Shown here piece after piece: positions 52,464 through 61,158 of a stretch of DNA of 64,000 nt. The DNA comes from a bacterium (lineage in GTDB: Bacteria; SAR324; NAC60-12), in assembly GCA_965209155.1 (NCBI GenBank), contig OZ242383.1, positions 3,296,001 to 3,360,000 on the forward strand, in the 5' to 3' direction. A program made the translations under genes and the position numbers. The stretch's first letter is position 1, and every line of letters begins with the position of its first letter. The notes under the pieces were generated by a model that saw only the letters and a program-made list of their open reading frames with translations, was not told where the DNA came from and did no database searches.

Positions 52464-52548
52464 TTGTTATGCTTCCGGGAAATATAGGTTTGAGATTCGT
52501 ATGTAAGAAGAAGTCCATCCGGGACTGCATTATAGAAAAATCGAGAAC

Positions 52549-53517
52549 ATGAGTGACACCATAGAATTCTCATCTGAAGTCAGTGGGCCCAAGCGACGGG
52601 GCAGGATTGCGGATTTCTTCATCCGGCTTCTCAAGGAGAAGCCCCTGGGGACCTTTGGCGGGATGGTCACCTTGCTTTTTATTTTTTTGGCGATCTTTGC
52701 CGAGGTTCTGGCGCCTTATCCCTATCGGGAAATACACCTGGCCGACATACTGCAAGCCCCATCCGTCCAGTATCTCCTGGGGACCGACCACTTGGGGCGG
52801 GACTTGCTAAGCCGCCTGCTCTACGGGGCTCGTATTTCCTTATCCGTCGGTCTGGCCGCGACAGCCCTCAATGTGCTCATCGCGGTCCTGATCGGCGGCA
52901 CTTCCGGATACCTGGGGGGGAAAGTGGACCTGGCAGTGCAGCGCTTTGTCGATGCCTGGATGGCTTTCCCGGGGTTGCTCTTGTTGTTAACCATCATGTC
53001 CATCGTGGGACAGGGCCTCCTCCAGATCATCGTGGTCCTGGGGATCGCCGGAGGTGTCGGCGGCTCCCGAGTCATCCGGGGCGCGGTGGTGGGTATCAAA
53101 GAGAATGACTATTTTCTGGCAGCCAGGGCAGTGGGCACTCCCACACGCCATATCCTGACCCGCCATGTCCTGCCCAATATCATGCCGCCGATCATCATCG
53201 TCTTCTCGATCAACATCGGCGGGGTCATCATTGCCGAGGCCTCGCTGAGCTTCCTGGGATTTGGGCTTCCCCTCAAGGTGCCCAGCTGGGGAGGGATGCT
53301 CAGCCGGGAAGGGCGGGAGTTCATGGAGATGTCCCCCCGGCTGGCGCTCTGGCCAGGACTTTGCCTGACGATTGTCGTCTACTCCCTCAACATGTTCGGC
53401 GATGCCCTGCGAGACTTGCTGGATCCCCGGTTGCGGGGCGGGCAGGGAAGTTATGGCACCACGGGGAAACGCAAACGAGGCCTCCTGGCTCGACTGATCC
53501 ACCCTTTCAAATGGTAA
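52549..53517 (+). CDS. ABC permease C, module 6
   Basis: Paralog motifs. Confidence 0.93.
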   Translation: MSDTIEFSSEVSGPKRRGRIADFFIRLLKEKPLGTFGGMVTLLFIFLAIFAEVLAPYPYREIHLADILQAPSVQYLLGTDHLGRDLLSRLLYGARISLSVGLAATALNVLIAVLIGGTSGYLGGKVDLAVQRFVDAWMAFPGLLLLLTIMSIVGQGLLQIIVVLGIAGGVGGSRVIRGAVVGIKENDYFLAARAVGTPTRHILTRHVLPNIMPPIIIVFSINIGGVIIAEASLSFLGFGLPLKVPSWGGMLSREGREFMEMSPRLALWPGLCLTIVVYSLNMFGDALRDLLDPRLRGGQGSYGTTGKRKRGLLARLIHPFKW

Positions 53518-53648
53518 ACGGACAAAAGGAGCCCGTCTCTTTTTCCTTCTTGAGAATCGCTGTTTTTGCTTCTTCCTCGAGTTTGGACCATTGGAAAGAA
53601 TCAAGCCCGAGAGAACCTATTCCTTTTTTAGACTTGGATTATTCATAG

Positions 53649-53729
53649 TGTTAACGTCGGCATCACCCGCCACCCAGAGCGAGGAACGAGCGACGCCCTC
53701 AAGCAATCCGTTCAAATGACTTGTTCTGC
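53649..53729 (-). mobile_element. attC-like site 4 (hybrid or degenerate)
   Basis: Minus strand GCAGAAC...GGTGATG-5-GTTAACA, shared loop motif GCGAGGAACGAGCG; L boxes do not pair. Confidence 0.5.
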
Positions 53730-53867
53730 TTGATTTTGGTCATGATTTCTCAGCAATTTTGCCATATTTTGAAAGTTCCTTGATATGACTAAACTGCTTT
53801 ACCTTCGTTGATTCACCAAACGTGTGTAACGAAATGAGATATTCTGTATGATCGGAGCCAGAGGATT

Positions 53868-54059
53868 CCTGAATCAAGTCTGCTTGCGCGGTCAGGTCTC
53901 TGCCTCCCTGGCGGATATGGATCTTTTTTGCTGTCGTTCTTGCCGATCTTGTGTTACCTTTGTTTTTCATGGAAATGGTGATCTCTCAAAATGTTGATTC
54001 TGTTGTTAACTATTTGAGTATATTACCATTTCCATGTTTGATTGTCTTCTAATTGCAGG
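53868..54059 (-). mobile_element. IS1380-like left-end remnant
   Basis: CCTG.. termini and short KIHIRQGGRDLTAQADL N-terminus. Confidence 0.4.
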
Positions 54060-54088
54060 ATTTAGGTTCTCAAAATAATGAATTGCTT

Positions 54089-54496
54089 ATGAAAGTATTT
54101 ATCAGCCATTCTCCTGTAGACGGGAAATTAGCTAAAAGCGTTGCTGCTCTGCTACAGGAAGCTGGTCTAGATGTATGGGAAGCCGGCAATGAAATTCTAC
54201 CTGGGGATAACTGGGCTGATAAAATCGCCCAGGGCTTAAAAGAATCAGAAGCGATGGTCGTTTTACTCACTCCTGCATCGCTTACCTCTACTGGGGTAAA
54301 TCGAGAAATCGAATATGCTTTAGGAACAAAGAAGTATAGTAAACGCTTAATTCCTGTGCTTGCTGATCCTCATAAAACGATTACTCAAGATGATTTCCCC
54401 TGGATTCTTAAACATCTCAATCCGATTGATTTAATTGAACGTGATAAAGAAAAAGGAATCAGGAAAATAGCTGAAACTCTTTTAGAATCCGCATAA
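54089..54496 (+). CDS. Stand-alone TIR-domain protein
   Basis: KVFISHS..D, LDVW..EILPGDNW..I, VVLLTPAS..S..V.REIEYA. Confidence 0.88.
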   Translation: MKVFISHSPVDGKLAKSVAALLQEAGLDVWEAGNEILPGDNWADKIAQGLKESEAMVVLLTPASLTSTGVNREIEYALGTKKYSKRLIPVLADPHKTITQDDFPWILKHLNPIDLIERDKEKGIRKIAETLLESA

Positions 54497-54522
54497 CATC
54501 TCTTTTCTCTCCATTTCCCCTC

Positions 54523-54693
54523 ATGATTCCTCAAGAAGTTTTCCTTTCCCATTCCGATTTAGACCGAGAGTTTGCTGATCAGTTGGCAATCACCTTACGT
54601 ACTCATGGCATTCCTGTATGGTATAGTCGAACTAATATCATCGGAGCCCAATAATGGCATGATGAGATTGGAATTGCTTTGAAACGATGTGAA
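54523..54693 (+). pseudogene. Second TIR-domain gene, premature stop and truncated
   Basis: EVFLSHSDLDREFADQLAITLRTHGIPVWYS..GAQ*WHDEIGIALKRC. Confidence 0.75.
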
Positions 54694-54699
54694 GCGTTG

Positions 54700-54830
54700 G
54701 GAACCTTCTTGGAGCAAGTAATAAAATTGTCGATAGTCGGGGGGACTGAAAAAATGGATTGCCCTCCATTGCCATGAATCATCACATGGTACAGCGCATC
54801 AGGATAATAAAGGCGTGGTTTACGAGCCAT
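54700..54830 (-). pseudogene. RAYT N-terminal remnant
   Basis: MARKPRLYYPDALYHVMIHGNGGQSIF; CAAGCCTGACCC motif upstream. Confidence 0.7.
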
Positions 54831-54919
54831 CTTTTGAAACAAGTGAAAAGGAAAGTGAAATCGATTTAAATAATAAAATAACGCTACTTTTCCAAACTTT
54901 CAAGCCTGACCCGTAAATA

Positions 54920-55037
54920 GCCGAACGCCAAGATAAGAGGCGCTTCAAAAAAGATCTGGGGACGATTTAAGAATAACTTCACTCAAATTGTCGAAGGGGC
55001 GCTATATGGGGTGTCGATCTTCATCAACTGGTTCGCT
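54920..55037 (-). mobile_element. Integron attC site 5
   Basis: Minus strand AGCGAAC-5-GATGAAGA...TCTTATC-5-GTTCGGC, downstream of the PIN gene. Confidence 0.72.
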
Positions 55038-55093
55038 CCGTTATCGGCAATCCGATAAGCTTCAAAGTCATGTTAATACTTTCAGAAATTCGT

Positions 55094-55468
55094 TTACCAC
55101 TTAGCATTCGTATAATTATCTAAAATATTCTGATCTTTAGTGACCAAGATGTTATTGTTTAGAGTGGCATTGGCAGTAATAATACGGTCAAATGGATCAC
55201 GAGTCCAAGTGATTTCTAAAGATTGAGCAATAATGGTATTAAAGTTTTTATCGCACACCTTGAGACCAATTCGATTGGATATGTCAGAGACAATGGTATT
55301 AGATTCATCGGTTAAGCGTTGGATTTCGTATAAATATTGTAATTCTAATCGGACAATTGTTGAAATATAGATTTCATTTTCATTAATCAATTCTTTGGTC
55401 TGCTGACTGAATTTTTCAGAGAGCCCTACGTACAGCCATACGACCACATGTGTATCAAGGTAGATCAA
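55094..55468 (-). CDS. PIN-domain (VapC-like) toxin
   Basis: IYLDTHVVVW, RDPFDRII, LVTKD. Confidence 0.9.
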   Translation of the reverse strand: MIYLDTHVVVWLYVGLSEKFSQQTKELINENEIYISTIVRLELQYLYEIQRLTDESNTIVSDISNRIGLKVCDKNFNTIIAQSLEITWTRDPFDRIITANATLNNNILVTKDQNILDNYTNAKW

Positions 55469-55691
55469 GATTCACCTCCTCTTCCCAACTAATCTCTGCA
55501 AGATCATGCGGATTCCCCTGAATGACATGGGGTCTTGAAACTAAGTTTTGGAGTTTATTCATTTTTCCGATGGGCATAATTCTCAACTTCTTTCCTCCTT
55601 TATTGACTTCAAGGGGAATGCCTGTGTGGAGTACCTCATCCAGGAGATTATAAATATTGCTTCGGAGTTCTGTGGGGGTGACCGTTTTCAT
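55455..55691 (-). CDS. Phd/YefM-like antitoxin
   Basis: MKTVTPTELRSNIYNLLDEV..G.PLEV; GAGG RBS. Confidence 0.85.
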   Translation of the reverse strand: MKTVTPTELRSNIYNLLDEVLHTGIPLEVNKGGKKLRIMPIGKMNKLQNLVSRPHVIQGNPHDLAEISWEEEVNLDLP

Positions 55692-55979
55692 CGTGCTTCC
55701 TCTCTCAGAGCGTACATACCATTTGATTAGTACGTACATATTAGAATCAAATTTGATGAGAGTCAAGGGAGATTGAATAATGATAACAGTGAGGGGGCAT
55801 ATTTTTGAAGATAATGACAAAATAACCGGGCCGCTCTCGTTTAAAATTGAAAGGTAATTTATGTCTTTGCCATGCATTCAGATCAAAACAAATAGCGCAG
55901 GGTTACTATGGGTTTAATCTCTTCGGGTCTAATTCCCCGAAGCTTGCTTCGCTTTTTCGTGTGGTGTATTTTCGCTCTC

Positions 55980-56435
55980 ATGAGCGAATATATCCACAAA
56001 AGTCATAACGTTTCGGTATTATTGTACCATTTGGTTTGTCCGGCTAAATACCGTCGAGTAGTGTTCACCGATGAGGTGGATATGACTCTAAAAGAGATTA
56101 GCTTGGAAATTGCTCAGCGTTACGAGATTGCATTTATTGAGATAGGAACAGATCGGGATCATGTCCATTTCTTGATCCAATCAGTCCCTTCATATAGTCC
56201 AACAAAGATTGTAAAGACAGTCAAAAGTATTACAGCTAAAGAAATTTTCAAAAGAGTGCCCTCCATCAAAAAGCAGCTATGGGGCGGCGAATTCTGGTCA
56301 AAGGGATACTTCATCAGCACTGTTGGGCGACATGCTGCAAGCGAAGATGCTATTCGCCAGTATGTAAAAAATCAAGGTTCTGAAAACGAGTATCAAAAGC
56401 TCCATCATCAGCAATTAGAGTTGGAGTTGTGCTGA
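55980..56435 (+). CDS. tnpA: IS200/IS605 TnpA (element about 55925-56475)
   Basis: YHLVCPAKYRR, DHVHFL, FWSKGYF; end hairpin CCCCGTAGC-TCT-GCTGCGGGG. Confidence 0.92.
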   Translation: MSEYIHKSHNVSVLLYHLVCPAKYRRVVFTDEVDMTLKEISLEIAQRYEIAFIEIGTDRDHVHFLIQSVPSYSPTKIVKTVKSITAKEIFKRVPSIKKQLWGGEFWSKGYFISTVGRHAASEDAIRQYVKNQGSENEYQKLHHQQLELELC

Positions 56436-56475
56436 GTTCCGATACCCCGTAGCTCTGCTGCGGGGTAGTTCATTT

Positions 56476-57541
56476 GTGGAACAAAAAATTTGTCCCTGCT
56501 GCCGGCACCTGAATCGCTCGAGCTTTCCAGCAGGGATAGAGGGACCCACTCAATATGGTCCCCGGATCAAAGACTTAGCGGTTTATCTCAATCAATATCA
56601 GTTTCTGTCCTTTGATCGATGCCAGCAATTCTTTGAGGATCTGTTCGGCCAGCCGCTCAATGCGGCCACGATTTATGCTAGCCTCCAGCAAGCCGCCCAG
56701 AGGTTTTATCCCTTGCAACAACAAATGGCTGAAGCTCTGTTTCAAGCGGACGCCCCAAACAGAGCAAAGCTAAAAATTTACTCGATCGCTTGATCCTCTA
56801 TGAAAAGGAAACCTTGTTATTCATGGATGACTTCCGGGTTCCTTTTGACAACAACCAAGCCGAGCGAGATATACGCATGGTTAAATTGAAACAGAAGATC
56901 TCAGGCGGCTTCCGAACGGCTGAAGGATCACAGGCTTTTTGTACCATCCGAGGAGCTATTTTCACTACCAGAAAACAGGGAAAATCCATCTTCGAGATGC
57001 TCACACAGGCTTTGTCTCTCCCGGATCCAGTCCGGGACAAGCTTTTACCTGCGCCTCCTTGTTACTGAAACTCCCCTTTTTATAAACGTTTCGCCCCTTG
57101 CGGGCCAAACGTATTCCTGGCAAACATAGCATCGTCAATGCGATTTTGTAGGTCGTGAAAACGAGTTGTCAGTGGAGTATGCTCATCCATGATTTACCTC
57201 CCTGGCAAAGCGTTTACGATCATTATCGCCATTGGAAAAAACACTGGATTGTGGAGTGAACCTTCGCTTTTTGGCTCATGATCATAAAGAAGCGGATCTC
57301 CCTGATTGATAGATTTTTAATTTTTTTTTACGAATCCTGCATTTTTTTTAATTTGGGGGTTGACATTATGCAAGTAGTAGTAGTGCTATAATCATACCAT
57401 CACTAAGTTGTTTTAGTGAAAGAAGAGGGTTTCCGATCGATAGAACAATATCGTGGGAGGACTTGAAAACGATCAGTCCTCTCCAGGAATCTTTTTAATG
57501 ATATTTAACTGAACGGGTTTTTCAGAGACCTGAATAGTTAC
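56476..57541 (+). mobile_element. IS66 copy 4, left-truncated and internally deleted, right end intact
   Basis: Homology to copy 1; ends CCTGAATAGTTAC inside the type B promoter unit. Confidence 0.9.
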
Positions 57542-57766
57542 GCTCTTGGTAGGTTATATAAATAGGAGGGCTCGGTTTCCAAACGCTCATTTTCCTCAAA
57601 AAAGACCCATTCTGGTCAAAAAATAGTCCGGATGAAGATGCTCGCGAAGAAGCTTTTCGCCCTCTGCAGAGAGTACCCCGTGGCAGGCGCCGTGCTCGCC
57701 ACGACAACCCGATTTGCCCCACGGCGGGTGAATCATTCTCAAAACCCTCAAATAAAAGAGGTAATT

Positions 57767-59587
57767 ATGAGTATTATAAAAAAAATTGTCGCCTTTTTCG
57801 TGGGGCTGAACCCGGCAGGCCCCAGGTCTGCCATGAAACTCCTCTCGGTGCTGCTGGCTTTCATTCTGGGCGCAACCCTCTGGGTCGGCCCGACAGCCGC
57901 TGCGGAGATGAAGAATGTCACCGACCCCAGCACAGGTAAGGTCGTGACTGCGCCGACGTATGGCGGGAGATTGACCTTTGCCATGAAACTCGAACCTCCG
58001 CACACGGACCCCTGGTTCACGCACTCGCCGGGAGCAGCCATCAGTGGCGTTGCAGAGAAGCTGGGCATCGGAAACTGGGGAATCGATCGGGACGAATTTA
58101 GCTTCTCAAGTCAGTACATTGCTCTCTCTGCCTTTACAGGGGCACTGGCGGAAAGCTGGGAGCAACCTGACCCGCTGACTTATGTCTTCAAAATCCGCCA
58201 GGGCGTTCACTGGCACGACAAGGCGCCGATGAATGGGAGAGCATTGACGGCCAAGGATATCGAATATAACTATCACCGGTATTTGGCTCTGGGCAGCGGC
58301 TTCACCGAAGTGAGCCCCGGTGGTTCCGCATCATTTATCAAGCCTTTGCCATGGGAATCGATAACGGCCACTGACGATGCGACGGTTGTGATGAGGCTGA
58401 AGGAGCCAAACCTCAAGGCGCTGAAGTTAATCCTGGACGCCGCTACTTTTATGTTACCCCCCGAGGTGATCCAGCAGTACGGCGACGCGAAGGACTGGCG
58501 GAGATTCGTCGGCACCGGACCCTATAGGCTGACCGACTGGGTCGACGGCAGCTCGATGACCTGGACGAAGAATCCGGACTACTGGGACACCGACGAAAAA
58601 TACCCCCAGAACCGCTTGCCCTATGTGGACGAGTTGAAGGGCCAGATTATTAAAGAGGAAGCGACACGCCTGGCGGGAATGCGCTCGGGTAAGATTGATT
58701 ACCTGGGTTTCCCTGCCGGCGACTCTCATATAACGTCTCTTGACCAGATAGAGAGCTTCCGGCGGACCAACCCCGAAATCGTGTTGAACCCATGGTGGGA
58801 TCGTGCGGAGACGATTTTTGCCCTGGACGCGACCAAGCCGCCCTTTGACGACATCCGGGTGCGCCAGGCCATGCAGATGGCACTGGACCTGGAGACCATC
58901 AACAATACCTACTTTAAGGGGACTGCCAATGCGACACCTCAGGGGGTGATCGGGGATCGAATCAGCGGGTTTTACATCCCATTTGAGCAGTGGCCTGAAG
59001 CGGTCAAGAAAGGCTATCGGTATGACCCGGAAGAGGCCAAAAAGCTTTTGAAGGAAGCGGGCTATCCCAATGGCTTCAAGACTGTGGTGAACCACTTCGC
59101 TGAGTTTGATTTAAACTATACCGAATTAGCGGTCGAATACTGGAAGGCCATTGGCGTTGATGCAGAGATTAAACCCTTCGACCGAGCTTCTATGATGCCT
59201 ATGGTAAACGAACGGACTTGGGAAGGTCCGTTAGGTACGATTGGTGGCTGGAATATGGATGCTGCTTTTTTGGTACGCTGGCGGGGTCACTCGAGCTCAA
59301 TTCCGTGGAACCTCTCCGGAATCAAGGACCCCGAGTTGGACGCCATCATTGAAGCGGTCGAAGCCGCGACCACCATTGAGGAGCAGATGAAGCATGCCAG
59401 GCAGGCAGATATGGTCCTGATCGAGCAGCAGGGGTATGTCTGGGGGCCTCACCCTGCCAAGTTCAACTCGAACCAGCCGTGGGTCAAAGGGTATAACGGG
59501 GAAGTCCAGCTGGGAAGTATGGATCGTCTGGTCATCTTCTCCCGCCTCTGGATTGACCAGGAGTTGAAGAAAGAAATGGGGTTTTAG
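57767..59587 (+). CDS. Family-5 ABC substrate-binding protein, module 7 (no permeases follow)
   Basis: Type B leader, SBP_5 motifs. Confidence 0.92.
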   Translation: MSIIKKIVAFFVGLNPAGPRSAMKLLSVLLAFILGATLWVGPTAAAEMKNVTDPSTGKVVTAPTYGGRLTFAMKLEPPHTDPWFTHSPGAAISGVAEKLGIGNWGIDRDEFSFSSQYIALSAFTGALAESWEQPDPLTYVFKIRQGVHWHDKAPMNGRALTAKDIEYNYHRYLALGSGFTEVSPGGSASFIKPLPWESITATDDATVVMRLKEPNLKALKLILDAATFMLPPEVIQQYGDAKDWRRFVGTGPYRLTDWVDGSSMTWTKNPDYWDTDEKYPQNRLPYVDELKGQIIKEEATRLAGMRSGKIDYLGFPAGDSHITSLDQIESFRRTNPEIVLNPWWDRAETIFALDATKPPFDDIRVRQAMQMALDLETINNTYFKGTANATPQGVIGDRISGFYIPFEQWPEAVKKGYRYDPEEAKKLLKEAGYPNGFKTVVNHFAEFDLNYTELAVEYWKAIGVDAEIKPFDRASMMPMVNERTWEGPLGTIGGWNMDAAFLVRWRGHSSSIPWNLSGIKDPELDAIIEAVEAATTIEEQMKHARQADMVLIEQQGYVWGPHPAKFNSNQPWVKGYNGEVQLGSMDRLVIFSRLWIDQELKKEMGF

Positions 59588-59874
59588 CTGACTTACCTCC
59601 AGGATAGGGGACTGCTGCTGCGGTCCCCTGTCGTCTGCCTTCTGTGTCACGAAACCCCGGTTCTCGGGAAAAGTAAACCTTCCTGGATTTCAGTGACTCA
59701 TTCAATTTTTGTACGTTTTCCTGTACAAACGATAGTAAATAAAAGATTCCTTTTTTCTTTTTTCTCAGATACTTTTGTCAGTTAGCGAGGCAGACGCATC
59801 AATGGATTTGATGTTTTAGAGATTTGTGTGTAAGATTCGATTATTTGAGTGTTGATACAAATAAATCAGGAGGA

Positions 59875-60088
59875 ATGATGCAAGGATCATTAGAAGAAAA
59901 GCTCAATCAACTCCCTCCCCAGTTTCAAGAGGAAGTGGAAGACTTTGTCAGTTTTTTGTTAGAAAAAAAAAGTGCATCATAAACGGAAAAAACTCCGTCT
60001 TTCCTGGGCAGGAGGGCTTCAAGAGTTTGAGAATCAAATGACTTCATTGGATCTGCAAAAACAATCCTTAACGTGGTGGGGAGATTGA
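59875..60088 (+). pseudogene. DUF2281-like antitoxin with +1 frameshift in an A9 run
   Basis: LNQLPPQFQEEVEDFVSFL then KLRLSWAGGL..W in another frame; removing one A at 59963-59971 restores the frame. Confidence 0.7.
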
Positions 60089-60240
60089 TGTTTCTTGTCG
60101 ATACCAATATTTGGTTAGTAGTATTCTTAAAGCAAGAAAAAGCTGAAGAATCCAGAAAGTTTTTAGAAACCGTTGAGAGTGATCTTTTAGCAATTACCGA
60201 ATTTTCTCTTTATTCCATCTGTATTATCTTAACCAGATTG
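60088..60240 (+). pseudogene. PIN toxin truncated by an IS66 end
   Basis: MFLVDTNIWL start overlapping the antitoxin stop (TGATG). Confidence 0.8.
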
Positions 60241-60607
60241 GTAACTATTCAGGTCTCTGAAAAACCCGTTCAGTTAAATATCATTCAAAAAGATTCCCGG
60301 AGAGGAGCGATCGTTTTCAAGTCTTCCCACGATATGCTACCTTTGATCGGGAACCCTCTTTTTCATTAAAACAACTTCACTAAAACAGCTTAGTGAAGGT
60401 ATGATTTTGGCAATTAATAATAATAATTTAGAACAATGTCAACCCCCAAATGAAAAAATGCAGGATTCGTAAAAAATTAAAAATCTATCAATCAGGTAGA
60501 TCCGCTTCTTTATGATTATGAGCCAAAAAGCGAAGGTTCACTCCACAATCCAGTGTTTTTTCCAATGGCGATCATGATCGTAAACGCTTTGCCAGGGAGG
60601 TAAATCA
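60241..60607 (-). mobile_element. IS66 right-end fragment (diverged copy 5)
   Basis: GTAACTATTCAGGTCTCTGAAAAACCCG and homologous non-coding region. Confidence 0.88.
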
Positions 60608-60689
60608 GAGTGCTAAGCGCTCTTGCTTCCATGGCTCTCGTTCTTTTTCAAAGTGTTGACAGGCTTCTTGAAGAGCCTCGATGTAGGGA

Positions 60690-60830
60690 TATGTCTTTTC
60701 TCAGATTCCCCTGAATTCAACGTCTCCAGCGTGTTTTTCCATTGCGGTATTTTTTCTTCCAGATCTTCTCGACTCTCCAAGATCAAAGGTTCCAAAACCA
60801 TCAATGCTCTGTGAAGATGTCCTGCCTTTA
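60690..60830 (-). pseudogene. Rpn (DUF2887-like) internal fragment
   Basis: ALMVLEPLILESREDLEEKIPQWK matches 7722-8579. Confidence 0.8.
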
Positions 60831-60918
60831 TTATTTCTCAATTGACGAGAGAGCTGTCGTGTAATATGATAAACCAATATGGTTTCATTTTGATTTATCA
60901 TTTTTCAAAGAGGAAAAT

Positions 60919-61158
60919 ATGCCCACAATCACAGTTAAAAATATTCCAGAAAATCTCCATCAAAAATTAAAGAAAAATGCGTCTCAGCATCATCGTAGTC
61001 TTAACAATGAAATTATTGCATGCCTCGAAAGTTCAGTGAGTGCTACCCCTGTAAATAGTGAATTCTTATTAGCCCGCGCCCGTCAGGTCCGCCGTCAGAT
61101 TTCGGGGAATTTGACCGAAGACATCCTCCACGAATACAAAAACCAGGAGCGACTTTGA
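60919..61158 (+). CDS. FitA/Arc-like ribbon-helix-helix antitoxin
   Basis: TITVKNIPENLHQKLK..A..HHRSLNNEII. Confidence 0.88.
   Translation: MPTITVKNIPENLHQKLKKNASQHHRSLNNEIIACLESSVSATPVNSEFLLARARQVRRQISGNLTEDILHEYKNQERL

Noticed and set aside
2214..59587. Assigning substrates (peptide, nickel, glutathione) or opp/dpp gene symbols
   Set aside because: Family-5 specificity cannot be read from these motifs
2235..59650. Many antisense and alternate-frame ORFs over the ABC and transposase genes
   Set aside because: Expected shadows of GC-rich coding sequence; recurrence reflects paralogy
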